Positions 25,912 to 36,521 are shown, counted from the stretch's first letter. The stretch: 64,000 nt of DNA from a virus (IMGVR_UViG_3300025121_000013), one strand, 5' to 3'. Notes: generated by a model not told the origin, from the letters alone. Made by a program: numbers and translations.

Positions 25912-26450
25912 AAATAATTTCTTATAAAAACTTGTTAAAAGAATTAGTTATTTTAAAAGAAAGTATTCCGTGGAGAAATGGAAAGGTTCCTATTGACATA
26001 GGCGAAACTTCTATGGAAGGGTTAAAACAAAAATGTATAGTTTTAAATAATTTATCATACTTTCACTTAAAACCAAGCTTTATGATTATATTCCCATCTT
26101 TAGACCCTTTAAAAGAAATTGGTGGGGGAACCAATGGATTTATCATTGCATCTCCTGAAGCACAATATTTAGAATATAGAAAAATAGAATCTGGATTATG
26201 TTATGCAAAAACTTATTTTTGGGGCAGGCCAAAACGTGATAGATTTTTAGATCTTTTAGATCGTCTATCTGAAAGAGGTTTTTCCTTAGAAAATTTTTCA
26301 AATTTAAAATCTTTTGATAAGGATGTAAAATTAAATCTTTCTGTTGATAGAAATCAATTATTGATAACGTTAGGAGGCTTTAGAGAAAATCCAGAATTAA
26401 AAGATAAGAACATAATAAAAATTAACACAAGAATCTCAAGGATAAGATAA
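25908..26450 (+). CDS. Hypothetical protein
   Basis: Coupled ORF. Confidence 0.6.
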   Translation: MKIISYKNLLKELVILKESIPWRNGKVPIDIGETSMEGLKQKCIVLNNLSYFHLKPSFMIIFPSLDPLKEIGGGTNGFIIASPEAQYLEYRKIESGLCYAKTYFWGRPKRDRFLDLLDRLSERGFSLENFSNLKSFDKDVKLNLSVDRNQLLITLGGFRENPELKDKNIIKINTRISRIR

Positions 26451-27076
26451 TGTCATATAAAAATTTTATTCCTGAATTTCAATATTATTTTCATAATATT
26501 ATGATAAATAATTATTTAAATAAGTTTGAGGTTCCATTACCTACAGAAGTCTCATCGCAATATATGCCAGTGGAGTCTTTTATAGAATTATTATTCAATG
26601 AATCATATTCATATAATACATATAAATATTTATATTCAATAGATTCAAATTCTTATGGATGGCCTTCAGTTGTTAAAACAAGAACTTTGATTTATCCTCA
26701 AACTATGAGATATCATATTTGCGGAAATACAGGACAAAATTTATTTTCTTTAACAAATGAACAATTAGAAATGTTAAATGGACTTTTGTTATATAGACAA
26801 AGACCAGATAATTTTAGCGTAATTGATAGTACATCGGTTGATTCGACAAATGTCATAATTATAGACAGCACAACGTCAATTTTATTAGAAGTCAATTTTG
26901 ACAATTTATCACCTTTGTCGAAACTTATATATATCTATTTAGACTTTAAAATCAATCAATCTGTTTCAAAATATAATAATGAAACCCCCATAGCCAGGGA
27001 AGAGAGCTTATTGGAACTATTATATGAAACATATATTTTAGATATGATTTTTCAATTTAAATCAACGGGTTCCTAA
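26450..27076 (+). CDS. Hypothetical protein, probably structural
   Basis: Located in the structural block. Confidence 0.6.
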   Translation: MSYKNFIPEFQYYFHNIMINNYLNKFEVPLPTEVSSQYMPVESFIELLFNESYSYNTYKYLYSIDSNSYGWPSVVKTRTLIYPQTMRYHICGNTGQNLFSLTNEQLEMLNGLLLYRQRPDNFSVIDSTSVDSTNVIIIDSTTSILLEVNFDNLSPLSKLIYIYLDFKINQSVSKYNNETPIAREESLLELLYETYILDMIFQFKSTGS

Positions 27077-27088
27077 AGGAGTTTTAAT

Positions 27089-28660
27089 ATGTCTTTTTAC
27101 GAAATAGATGATCTTTGGAAAATTCTCAATACGATTCGAGGCGGAACAGAAGATATTCCAAAGTCTCTTTCGACGTTAGGTTTATCTGAACAGAAAAAGA
27201 CAATATCACTTTTCTCTGATATTATAGATCAGCAATGTTTTCAAACTCAAGATTACTTAAGAATACGAAATTTCATTATTGACTTATATTCTTCTCATAA
27301 AACTTTAACCTCTGCTCAGAAAAATGTTCATGATATATATAGTTTAGATGAACAACATTTAGATGAACTTTTTAAAAGTTTTGGATTTAATTTTTCAAGA
27401 CAATTATCCATATTCACAAAAGAAACAAATATTAATAAAGCCAACTTCTTTTTAGATTTGGTAAATCTTTATAAAATAAAAGGGACCCCTCAAGGACTGG
27501 CAAAGGTTTTAGCTTATTATGGTTTTGCAGATTTAGATATTATAGAATTTTGGTTACAAAAAAATAGTGAAGGGGATCTAATTTTTAGAGGAGAGGTTAT
27601 AGAGGGAACTATCTCAAGAGATTTAAAACTTCCTATAATTGATTTAGATTTTAACACATTTACAGAAAATGACCCACACTGGCTTTTACCTGAAAGTAAA
27701 ATTCATCAATTATTTAGTCTAAATCAAATAAGATTTCCTAGTAAATCTCCTTATTTTTCTTTAAGACCAAAATTTGATTTAACGACCATAAATGCAATTA
27801 TGTCTGCCGTTGTTAGAATAGTTCAAGATCAATATTATGCTTGGAATCTAAATGGAACGATCCCAACGAAAGATGTCGAAGTTACAAAAACTGGAGATAA
27901 GGTTTCTCTTCTTGAAATTTATTTAGCTAATATTTATCTTTTTAATTCCGAGTATGAACATGGAAAAGATAATAATATTAATTTTTTATGTTATGACGGA
28001 ACAACAGAATCTTATGCACAAATTATTTCTGAGTTTACTAATTTAATTAAAATGCCATCATCAAGATCTGAAAAGAAAATAAATACTGATTTATTTTCTA
28101 ATTTATTCACTAGATTAAAAAGTACAAATTTTCTTATCAACAAAAATACGGCGGGAACAATTTTAAATCAAATCAATTCAACGTTCAAACAAAATGTTGA
28201 TAATTTATTAATTGACACATTTAATTTTGAAGAACTTTTAATAAATTTTTTAATTGATCTTTCTAGATGGATCAGAGTGAATTTTGGTTTGGGTTATCCA
28301 AGTTTAGCTTTTATTGTTTTAGGAAGGGAGGCGATTTTAAATTATGTTGGAGACGTCATAGATTTCTTTAAACCATATCATGCCAGAGTTAGTTTGGTCG
28401 AAGCAATAAATGTTTCAAATGATCCTTTACATGATTCTTTAATTATGGAAGATGGACTTTTTGAAACAATTACAGAAAATATTTATGATTATCAAACGGG
28501 TAACAGTACTCCTTGTTGTTCATCCCCAAATATATTATGTCCGGGTGGAAGTTATTATTCAAGAGATTTTTACGATTGTGGTTCATATCATGATCTTGGA
28601 CATTGCCTTGATGAATTTGCAATATATGATGATGGAGTTTTGGTTTATCAGTCTTTTTAA
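27089..28660 (+). CDS. Baseplate wedge-like protein (P2 gpI/T4 gp7-like)
   Basis: HLDELFKSFGF..LVNLYKIKGTPQGLAKVL pattern; ends near KPYHA. Confidence 0.55.
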   Translation: MSFYEIDDLWKILNTIRGGTEDIPKSLSTLGLSEQKKTISLFSDIIDQQCFQTQDYLRIRNFIIDLYSSHKTLTSAQKNVHDIYSLDEQHLDELFKSFGFNFSRQLSIFTKETNINKANFFLDLVNLYKIKGTPQGLAKVLAYYGFADLDIIEFWLQKNSEGDLIFRGEVIEGTISRDLKLPIIDLDFNTFTENDPHWLLPESKIHQLFSLNQIRFPSKSPYFSLRPKFDLTTINAIMSAVVRIVQDQYYAWNLNGTIPTKDVEVTKTGDKVSLLEIYLANIYLFNSEYEHGKDNNINFLCYDGTTESYAQIISEFTNLIKMPSSRSEKKINTDLFSNLFTRLKSTNFLINKNTAGTILNQINSTFKQNVDNLLIDTFNFEELLINFLIDLSRWIRVNFGLGYPSLAFIVLGREAILNYVGDVIDFFKPYHARVSLVEAINVSNDPLHDSLIMEDGLFETITENIYDYQTGNSTPCCSSPNILCPGGSYYSRDFYDCGSYHDLGHCLDEFAIYDDGVLVYQSF

Positions 28661-28684
28661 AAGTGCTAATATGAATCATCTTTA

Positions 28685-28699
28685 AGAACAAATTATAAA
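28685..28699 (+). promoter_or_regulatory. AGAACAAA-W-TAAA motif (putative late promoter)
   Basis: Recurrent motif. Confidence 0.5.
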
Positions 28700-28718
28700 C
28701 TTTCTATAAAAGGTTAAA

Positions 28719-29372
28719 ATGAGCCAAGAAAATAAAAAATATCTCGTAGAGATACATGACAAGGTTCGTGGTTGTATTCTCGATGGAGATTTAAACCACA
28801 ATAGAAAGCCACAAGGTCTTGTCGAAGTTTACGAATTAGATGAAAATAATGAAAAACAATTAATTGGTAAATCAAACCTTGTTGTTTATTTAGGAAGAGA
28901 ATCCATTTTACAAAGATCTTTAGATTATCAAAATTCACATATCACTCCAACAAAAGATGAATTTATTTGTTGGTTTGGCATAGGGGATGGCGGGTCAAAT
29001 CCTTCAGACCCTTTTGATCCAATTCCTCCAACAAATAATGATATTGATTTAAATAATGAAGTTCCAATAAGCGCCACTGATACGACATGTGCTGATTTTC
29101 ATGATGGCTTTTATTGGAAACATCCTTTTGATAGCATAAATTATATTCAAGATTCAGAAAATGATAATTCATGGATCATTTCAGTTTTATCAATTATTTT
29201 ATCTCCCGCACAAGCAGTTGGAGAACAGATAAATGAGGCTGGCCTTTTTATGGCCGAGAGTCGAGCACCGGGATATGGAGGGCCGTTTCATTTATATGCC
29301 AGGGTGACATTTCCCACTATGGTAAAATCAGGATTACGAAGTTTGCTTTTTGTTTGGTATTTATATTTTTAA
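28719..29372 (+). CDS. Tail collar/baseplate-associated protein
   Basis: NLVVYLGRE..FGIGDGG..L..E..INEAGLF..YAR.TF pattern, typical of tail-collar domains. Confidence 0.6.
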   Translation: MSQENKKYLVEIHDKVRGCILDGDLNHNRKPQGLVEVYELDENNEKQLIGKSNLVVYLGRESILQRSLDYQNSHITPTKDEFICWFGIGDGGSNPSDPFDPIPPTNNDIDLNNEVPISATDTTCADFHDGFYWKHPFDSINYIQDSENDNSWIISVLSIILSPAQAVGEQINEAGLFMAESRAPGYGGPFHLYARVTFPTMVKSGLRSLLFVWYLYF

Positions 29373-29383
29373 GAGGACAAAAA

Positions 29384-29806
29384 ATGTCAACTGCTTATAT
29401 TCCAAATAGAGCAAAAAGGGAACTTTTAAAAGGGACATTTATTTTATTAAGTCATTCTTTAAAAGCGGCATTGATGGCTTCAGGATTCACTTTTGATATT
29501 GATAGCCATAATATCTGGTCTGATGTTTCCGCGAGTGAAGTTAGCGGAGTCGGTAATAATTATTCACAACAAACAATTTCTGGAAATACTGTAACGCAAA
29601 ATAATACTACAGATAAAGGAATATTTACTTGTAATTATTCTAGTTTTTCGGCTATCGGTGGAGATATAGGGCCGGCTGCCGGTTTATTAATTTATGATGA
29701 TGACGGCGGAGATAATATTTTAGTGTATTTTGAATTTGACTCTCCTGAAACAATCTCAGATGGATATACAACGAGATTTTCAGGAATTCAAGTTGAGGTA
29801 AATTAA
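29384..29806 (+). CDS. Virion structural protein
   Basis: AKRELLKG..LKAALM..WSDVSASEVSG..Y pattern, common in phage tail regions. Confidence 0.6.
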   Translation: MSTAYIPNRAKRELLKGTFILLSHSLKAALMASGFTFDIDSHNIWSDVSASEVSGVGNNYSQQTISGNTVTQNNTTDKGIFTCNYSSFSAIGGDIGPAAGLLIYDDDGGDNILVYFEFDSPETISDGYTTRFSGIQVEVN

Positions 29807-29808
29807 TA

Positions 29809-32430
29809 ATGCCAACGACAATATTATATCCGTTGGCGTCGGCAGATGATGGATATATTTTTGATGCTGGGGGTGGCACCCAATACAATAATAATGAAGT
29901 GCATTTACAAAACCAAGATAATATGCAATGCACGCCATATATTAGATTTCCATTAGCGCCAGTGCCTCCCCATTCAACAATTACAAATGCTTTTTTTAGA
30001 TTCACATCAGAGGTAAGCAACTCCAACCCTTTAATAATGTTGATTTATGGTTTTGATGAAGATAATTCGACACAAGTAACTGGGGTTGCTGATTATGGAG
30101 GCAGAACAAAAACTACAAGTTTTGTTTCATGGACTTTTGGAAGCTGGGTTATAGGAAATAGTTATGACAGTCCAGATATCTCGACTGTCATCCAAGAAAT
30201 TATAGATCGAGCGGGCTGGGCTGAAGATAATGCTTTACAAACTGGATTATATTCAGACGGTATTTTTCAAGCTGGAAACAGAACATTTTATTCTTTCGAT
30301 AATGGTGCTGGAATTCCAGAATTACATCTTGAATGGGAACCGCCTATAACGACCGTTACGCTTGACCCAGCTTCTTTAATAATTTCAGGTGGTTCCATAA
30401 GTTCATATTCAACAAGAACTGTGAATCCAGATATAGGACCCGTAATTTCAGACTTTTCAAATACAGGAGGACAAGGCATGTCTGTATCGCCCGGCGTATA
30501 TACCAATATTTTGGATATTACCACATATCCTAAAAAGGTTCCCAGTACAATCGCTTTTATTGCTGGTTTTTCAGATAAGGGAGAAGATAATAAGTTAAAG
30601 TATTATGAATCAAAAGAAACCTTTGTCATCGAGAATGGTTATCCTAATTATGATCTTTATGGCAAAGAATTTTCTCAAGGTATGTTTTGCGCTCATAATT
30701 ATCTTGATGAAGCTGAATCACTTTATTGGTTAAGAGCTTTACCTTCTTCAGCTCAATATGCAAATTTTAGAATTGATGGAGTTATGTCATCGACAGATAA
30801 TACCGCATCTATTTCATTGACATATGTTAATACTTTAACGACAAAAAGTGCTATCGCCGCGACTTTGGCAACGGCTGGCACGACTTATCCTCTTTGTGTT
30901 TTGGCCGGTTTAGGAAGAGGCGTTTATTACAATAAAATTGGTATTCGTTTAACGCAACATGCAAATCCCATTTTATCTGGAGTTTTTGTTTTAGATATTT
31001 ATGAAAGACAATCTGATGGAACCGATAAAATTATTGAATCGTATGAGATTTCTTTTGATCCAAATGGAACAGATTTAAATGGAAATACAATTTATATTGT
31101 TGATATTTTAAATAATTATTCTTCTGTTTTAAGAGCCTATGAATCTTTAAGTTCCGGAGCTGTCACCCCAGGATATGAATTATTAGTTAAAGTTTTTGAC
31201 AAAGATATTGGGACTGTGTCCTCAGTCATTACAGATGGGTCTGCGACCATCACAGATAATAAACAAGATTTTAGCACTTGGGATACAAATCCCGAAACTG
31301 GTTACGCTTCATATATTGTTATTGCGAAAGATAATAAAGGAAATGAAATTTGGGGTTGGCTTGGCTCTGCTAATGGTGCCGGCTCTACGGTAAATGTTTT
31401 TGACGGAAGAAATCTTGATACCGCAACCCAAAGTTGGCAGGGTGATACAAGCTCATTTAATACCAGCGGAACAATTACATATCAAATCAAGAAATCCTAT
31501 AATGAAATTGCAAGCGCTTTTGTTTCTTCTGAACCCGTTCCTTTAAGAAAAGGAACTGATGGAACTTTATTTGATGTTGACGGAACAATCAATTCTACCG
31601 TGGCAACTGACACTTTAGAAGATGCTTATTCCGGAGATTTAGACGACCAAGTTTTAGACACGGATAATATTTATTTTTCTGTCGTTTTTGATTGTGGGTA
31701 TCCAACTTCCGTAAAAGATGAAGTTGACGCTCTTTTAAGAACCAGAGAAGACGCTATGGGTTTTATCGACAATGGAGATAATTCGACTGTCAACTCTGCT
31801 ATTCTTTCAAGAGATTCTGCTCACGATTATGATTCTGAATATTTATCGCTTTATGAACCTTATAATAAGGTTGAAGATCCTGTAACCAAAAGAGATATTT
31901 GGGTTTCTCCTATTTATCATATGTCTTATCTTGTTCCGAAAAATGATATTATTGGAAAACCTTGGTATGCGGTTGCCGGTTTTAATCGCGGGGAAAACAA
32001 TTCAATTAAAGAAATGAGATTTATTGCCAAACAAGCTGATAGAGAAAGATTTTATCCAAAACAAATAAACCCTATCACAAAAATTAATAACAAATATATT
32101 CCCTATAGTCAGTTAACAACCCTGGGAAGAATGAGTCCTTTAAATGATGTTAATAGTGTTCGAGTGATTTTATATTGCAAAAGAGCTTTAAAGAACTTTT
32201 GTCTTGGATATATTTTTGAGCAAAACGATCAGCAAACCTGGACATCTGTCGCAACAGATATTTCTGAATTCTTATCTATCGTTCAACAGGAAAGAGGTTT
32301 GGACAGTTATACCATTGAGGTTTCAGCGACTGATTATGAAAAGAAATTAAAGAAATTTCATGTTAACGTAACCTTGGCTCCAACGCCAACCACAGAGCAA
32401 ATATCTTTAAATTTCTTTATCACAAGATAA
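29809..32430 (+). CDS. Tail sheath protein with a 223-aa N-terminal accessory domain
   Basis: SPGVYT at 30481; C-terminal PWYAVAGFNRG, INPI, VR..L, IFEQND..TW and SYTI motifs. Confidence 0.88.
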   Translation: MPTTILYPLASADDGYIFDAGGGTQYNNNEVHLQNQDNMQCTPYIRFPLAPVPPHSTITNAFFRFTSEVSNSNPLIMLIYGFDEDNSTQVTGVADYGGRTKTTSFVSWTFGSWVIGNSYDSPDISTVIQEIIDRAGWAEDNALQTGLYSDGIFQAGNRTFYSFDNGAGIPELHLEWEPPITTVTLDPASLIISGGSISSYSTRTVNPDIGPVISDFSNTGGQGMSVSPGVYTNILDITTYPKKVPSTIAFIAGFSDKGEDNKLKYYESKETFVIENGYPNYDLYGKEFSQGMFCAHNYLDEAESLYWLRALPSSAQYANFRIDGVMSSTDNTASISLTYVNTLTTKSAIAATLATAGTTYPLCVLAGLGRGVYYNKIGIRLTQHANPILSGVFVLDIYERQSDGTDKIIESYEISFDPNGTDLNGNTIYIVDILNNYSSVLRAYESLSSGAVTPGYELLVKVFDKDIGTVSSVITDGSATITDNKQDFSTWDTNPETGYASYIVIAKDNKGNEIWGWLGSANGAGSTVNVFDGRNLDTATQSWQGDTSSFNTSGTITYQIKKSYNEIASAFVSSEPVPLRKGTDGTLFDVDGTINSTVATDTLEDAYSGDLDDQVLDTDNIYFSVVFDCGYPTSVKDEVDALLRTREDAMGFIDNGDNSTVNSAILSRDSAHDYDSEYLSLYEPYNKVEDPVTKRDIWVSPIYHMSYLVPKNDIIGKPWYAVAGFNRGENNSIKEMRFIAKQADRERFYPKQINPITKINNKYIPYSQLTTLGRMSPLNDVNSVRVILYCKRALKNFCLGYIFEQNDQQTWTSVATDISEFLSIVQQERGLDSYTIEVSATDYEKKLKKFHVNVTLAPTPTTEQISLNFFITR
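30466..30480 (+). promoter_or_regulatory. Internal GGAGG and in-frame ATG at the canonical sheath N-terminus
   Basis: GGAGG-7 nt-ATG TCT GTA TCG CCC GGC GTA TAT. Confidence 0.7.
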
Positions 32431-32450
32431 TATTTTTAAAAATTTACAAA

Positions 32451-32491
32451 AAAATGGGGCAGGGAGATTCTTTAAATCCCTGTCCCATTTT
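32451..32491. terminator. Bidirectional terminator
   Basis: AAAATGGGGCAGGGA/TCCCTGTCCCATTTT between convergent blocks. Confidence 0.8.
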
Positions 32492-32812
32492 TCATCTCAA
32501 ATTTTCAAAAAAGAAATAATAATTGTTCTTAAATTTATATTTAGTCTTATGAATATGATTTAAAAAATTAGTTCTACAAAATTTAAACTTCATTTTTAAA
32601 TGAGAAATAATTAACGTATGCATATTATTAGAAAAATGAAATTCAGCTTTGCAATTTGAACAGATAAGAATTTTAAAACATAATATACTCTTTTTAAAAT
32701 CTATTGTTTTTTCCCCACATATTAGACAATAACTATCCTCTAATGAATTCAAAGAAAAATCCCCACATGGCATATCACATTGATCTTTCAAAATACATTC
32801 AATACAAATCAT
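32492..32812 (-). CDS. Family C paralog
   Basis: CIECILKDQCDMPC / CLIC..CSNC. Confidence 0.75.
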   Translation of the reverse strand: MICIECILKDQCDMPCGDFSLNSLEDSYCLICGEKTIDFKKSILCFKILICSNCKAEFHFSNNMHTLIISHLKMKFKFCRTNFLNHIHKTKYKFKNNYYFFFENLR

Positions 32813-33115
32813 CGAACAACTCTCCTATATAAATTTTCAGAAAGAAAACTGTACATAAAATAATATTTTAAATTTTTTGAAAATATAGACATACTTATTG
32901 TCTCAATTTGATATTTTTGATTGCAATTAATACATTCAATATTAATAACATTGTTATAAACAATTCTAGAATTACAAAAAATACATCGACAATTTCTAAA
33001 TGAATAAATTTTTGATTCAAAAAAACGCATTACATTTTTCAATCTGTATTGTTTTTAAAATATCAATGCAAGGGTTTTCACAAATATTTTGAAGAATGCA
33101 ATTATCACAAAGCAT
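32809..33115 (-). pseudogene. Family C paralog, frameshifted at an A5 run (33035-33039)
   Basis: MLCDNCILQNICENPC is in one frame and CIFC..CINC in the next. Confidence 0.7.
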
Positions 33116-33479
33116 TTTTCTTCGCAATAAATCTATAAAAATATTCCATATGATAAAGAAGACAAATTCCTGAATATAAATCAGATTCCAATATAAAGCA
33201 TACAAAAGGTTCAAAAACATAAGTTATATTACAAGTTGAACATCTGGTAATTAAAGAATTGTTTATCGAGATTCCTCCTTTATTATGTAAATGTCCAAAA
33301 TTTTTATATTTGTTTTTAAGTTCTGTAAATATAAGATTATTGCAAAATACACATTTTGATTTATGTGGGGTATAGGGTCTAATCAATTGTTGAAAATTTA
33401 ATGTTTTTAAACGGTTATGTAATTCAGAACATATTTCATTATTACAAATATTTTGAAGAATGCAATTATCACAAAGCAT
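33105..33479 (-). CDS. Family C paralog
   Basis: CDNCILQNICNNEIC / CVFC..CSTC; its first 36 bp are identical to 33080-33115. Confidence 0.75.
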   Translation of the reverse strand: MLCDNCILQNICNNEICSELHNRLKTLNFQQLIRPYTPHKSKCVFCNNLIFTELKNKYKNFGHLHNKGGISINNSLITRCSTCNITYVFEPFVCFILESDLYSGICLLYHMEYFYRFIAKKNAL

Positions 33480-33481
33480 AT

Positions 33482-33784
33482 TTATTCATTATATGTACTA
33501 AAACTTCCTTTATTAAAAATTATAATTCCCTTATCTTTTGTTTTTTTAGATTTAATTATTGTGCCAAAATTAGTTTGAAAATATTCTAACCCACAGTTTT
33601 GACAAAATGATTTTTTAGATATATACCTTTCATAAAAGCTAAATTTATTTTTACAAAAAATACAATGATCCATTTTGGTTCTATAAACACTTAAAATTCT
33701 TTCCATTTCTGAACATATATTTTTGCAAATATTTTGTATAATACATGCTTCACAAAGAAAACTACTAATTTTTAGGTTTTCCAA
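33482..33784 (-). CDS. Family C paralog
   Basis: CEACIIQNICKNIC / CIFC..CQNC. Confidence 0.75.
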   Translation of the reverse strand: MENLKISSFLCEACIIQNICKNICSEMERILSVYRTKMDHCIFCKNKFSFYERYISKKSFCQNCGLEYFQTNFGTIIKSKKTKDKGIIIFNKGSFSTYNE

Positions 33785-34250
33785 TCAAAGCTATATTGGC
33801 TCCATTAAAGTTCAATTTTCGTTGAATAACTTCGAAAGATGAATTCTCAGCGATTCTTATTAAATGTTCTATCCATTTTTTTATATCTCTATTTTTATTA
33901 TTAAACTGAGTTGTGGTTGGCAATACGCAACAGGGAATAATAAAGAATGGAATTCTTCTTTTTAAAGATTCTGTTAAAATAATATCAGTTGCTTCATCTG
34001 GGTGAATTCCAACCAATAAATCAAAATTATCATTTTCTTTCTCAGAAAAATAAGTATTTTTAAAATTAATATTTTTTTCTCTTTTTCTTCTATTTCTTTT
34101 CTTATCAAAGGTCGTGATATTATAGTCAGATAATACTATTTGTAATTTTCCAGTTCCTCCAGCAATATCAGCAATATTCCTAAATTTTTCTTTTGGAAAA
34201 TAAAACCTTATGAGTCTTCCTGCCTCAAAAAACCTCTTTCTGTCTCCCAT
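33765..34250 (-). CDS. Class I SAM-dependent methyltransferase-like protein
   Basis: IADIAGGTGKL; GIHPDEAT; IIPCC. Confidence 0.75.
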   Translation of the reverse strand: MGDRKRFFEAGRLIRFYFPKEKFRNIADIAGGTGKLQIVLSDYNITTFDKKRNRRKREKNINFKNTYFSEKENDNFDLLVGIHPDEATDIILTESLKRRIPFFIIPCCVLPTTTQFNNKNRDIKKWIEHLIRIAENSSFEVIQRKLNFNGANIALIGKPKN

Positions 34251-34296
34251 TTTTTCTCCTCTTCAAATCTAGATTTTTGTCAATTTTATAAAACTA

Positions 34297-34656
34297 TCAC
34301 ATAATATTTATGGATCTTCTCAAAGAATTTTTTCTTCTATAGCCTTGTTCTTTTAAAATAAATTTACAGCTTCTTTTTCTATGAAAATTTTTTATAAGAC
34401 AGAATTCATTTCGAAAATTTGTGAAAATAGAAAAATACAATTCTGTGATTCTGTATTTTGTTTTACAGTTAGAACATAGCCATCTATTTGGTGAAGGTTT
34501 TATTAATTTTAAGTCGCAGATCAAACATTTTTTATTTTCATTCTCTGAAAATATTGAATGCGTTTGAAGTTTAGCAATCGATTCATTTAAAAGAAAACAA
34601 TTATCACAATATGAATTTTTAAATATTAAACATTCAAAACAAGGAATATTAATCAA
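34297..34656 (-). CDS. Family C paralog (subtype B)
   Basis: CFECLIFKNSYCDNC / CLIC..CSNC. Confidence 0.75.
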   Translation of the reverse strand: MINIPCFECLIFKNSYCDNCFLLNESIAKLQTHSIFSENENKKCLICDLKLIKPSPNRWLCSNCKTKYRITELYFSIFTNFRNEFCLIKNFHRKRSCKFILKEQGYRRKNSLRRSINIM

Positions 34657-34985
34657 GTCTGAAACCCCATCTTAGGTTTTATTTTATAAGCTGTATCAAA
34701 TGTGTGATATTCTAAATATATGTTTTTAATAGATATAGATAAATAATTGAATGTACATATATAACTTACTCTACAATTTTCACACCAGTATCTATGAAAT
34801 AAATTAGCTTTTAAGTTTGATTTACAAAATAAACATGTCTTAATTTCTTGATTTGAAAATATTGGATTATTTTGGATTTTAATTTTAAAAAATTCTTCTT
34901 GTAAAAGAATGCAAGAAGAACAAGTCGGCATATTTAATAATAGGCATTCAAAACAAGGCACATGAAAAGAATTTAAATTAGTCAA
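34653..34985 (-). CDS. Family C paralog (subtype B)
   Basis: CFECLLLNMPTCSSC / CLFC..CENC. Confidence 0.75.
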   Translation of the reverse strand: MTNLNSFHVPCFECLLLNMPTCSSCILLQEEFFKIKIQNNPIFSNQEIKTCLFCKSNLKANLFHRYWCENCRVSYICTFNYLSISIKNIYLEYHTFDTAYKIKPKMGFQT

Positions 34986-35308
34986 GAATCAAATATTGAA
35001 AAACTTTTAATACTAACATTTGTCGAATGATAATATTCAAATTCTATTTCTTCTTTTATAAACCGAATATATAAATAGTGTGAAAATACTAAATAATAAA
35101 TTTTACAATGTTTGCATTCAAAATTAGGTTTTGAAATAACTGTTACGACTTTTTCGCAAAACAAACATGTCTTAATTTCTTGTTTTAAAAACATCGAATG
35201 ATCCTTAAGATTGTCAAATTCATCTTTTAGAAGTATGCATTGTTTACATCGATATTTTTTAAGAATGCAATTAAAACAAGGAATATGAAGAAAATCTGAA
35301 CTAATCAA
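34982..35308 (-). CDS. Family C paralog (subtype B)
   Basis: CFNCILKKYRCKQC / CLFC..CKHC. Confidence 0.75.
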   Translation of the reverse strand: MISSDFLHIPCFNCILKKYRCKQCILLKDEFDNLKDHSMFLKQEIKTCLFCEKVVTVISKPNFECKHCKIYYLVFSHYLYIRFIKEEIEFEYYHSTNVSIKSFSIFDS

Positions 35309-35656
35309 TTAAAAAGGTAAAAAGGGCTAATCATAGGTTTTTTAAAATAATATTTATAAGTTCTATCAGGAGATAAAAAATATTCAATTAGAATATTAGA
35401 TTTTACTAATTTGATGCATAAATAATTTATAGTCATTATATATTGAATTTTACAATGTACACATAAATATTCATGTTTTGTAATAATATTGTCGGTATGT
35501 TTTCCACATATTAAACAATTACAAATCTCTTTTTTTAAAGACATTGAATTATTTTTAAATTTATCAAATTCATTTTTTAGAAGTATACAATCAACACGCA
35601 TAATTTTTAAGAATGCAATCAAAACAGTGAACTTGAAAAGAATTTAAATTAGTCAT
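35305..35656 (-). pseudogene. Family C paralog (subtype B), frameshifted near 35595
   Basis: MTNLNSFQVHCFDCILKNYAC is followed by a stop; VDCILL.. continues in another frame. Confidence 0.7.
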
Positions 35657-35730
35657 ATTCGAAAATTTGAATATTAGAAATTTCTCTTTTAAAATAAGTT
35701 TTATAAATATATTCTTCAAATGGAAAATAT

Positions 35731-36015
35731 TCAATTAATATTTTTATTCATAAACCGAATGTATAAATATTTTCTAGAAACTACAAAATAAATTTTACAA
35801 TGAGTACATTCAAAATCACTTATTGAAATATATCTTGTCGGTTTTTCACAAAATAAACATTTTTTATTTTTTCTTTCTAAAAATATTAAATTATCTTTAA
35901 GTTTATAAAATTCATTCTTTAAAAGTATACAATCAACGCACTGAGCATAATTTTTAAGAATACAATCAAAACAATATATGTTAATATTTTTATTTAAATT
36001 ATGGAGTTCTTTCAT
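35731..36015 (-). CDS. Family C paralog (subtype B)
   Basis: CFDCILKNYAQCVDC / CLFC..CTHC. Confidence 0.75.
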   Translation of the reverse strand: MKELHNLNKNINIYCFDCILKNYAQCVDCILLKNEFYKLKDNLIFLERKNKKCLFCEKPTRYISISDFECTHCKIYFVVSRKYLYIRFMNKNIN

Positions 36016-36521
36016 AACCTAAAATTTTCATTATTTGGAAGATTCTTCATTATTTCCTTAATTTGATCAAAAGAAACCGGATAAAAATTATTATTATCCA
36101 CTCCTATATCCCATGTTTTTCCATAGGGTTTCATCCTTCCGTGTGAATGCCCAAATAAAAGCCAACTATTATAATGTGATCTAGGCCATCTTAACATAGC
36201 GTAATGGCAAATTACAATATATTCTTTTTCATATTTTAATTCAAATATTTCATGATAAAATTTTTTATTAAGTTTCATCCAATAATCATGACTGCCTTTT
36301 AAAAAAATATGTTTTCCTTTTAAAGAATTTATATAATCTTGAACATCGGTTTTTAACAAAGAAAAATCTCCAGCATGAATAACAATATCATTCTCTTTAA
36401 CAATTTCATTATTATTTTGAATCAATTTATTATCCATCTCTGTTATATTTTTAAATGGTCGATTACATAATTTAATTATTTTTCTATGGCCATAATGTTC
36501 ATCAGAAGTGAAAAAATACAT
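36012..36521 (-). CDS. Metallophosphoesterase (calcineurin-like)
   Basis: FTSDEHYGH, HAGDFS, GSHD, CHY and GHSHG motifs. Confidence 0.9.
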   Translation of the reverse strand: MYFFTSDEHYGHRKIIKLCNRPFKNITEMDNKLIQNNNEIVKENDIVIHAGDFSLLKTDVQDYINSLKGKHIFLKGSHDYWMKLNKKFYHEIFELKYEKEYIVICHYAMLRWPRSHYNSWLLFGHSHGRMKPYGKTWDIGVDNNNFYPVSFDQIKEIMKNLPNNENFRL

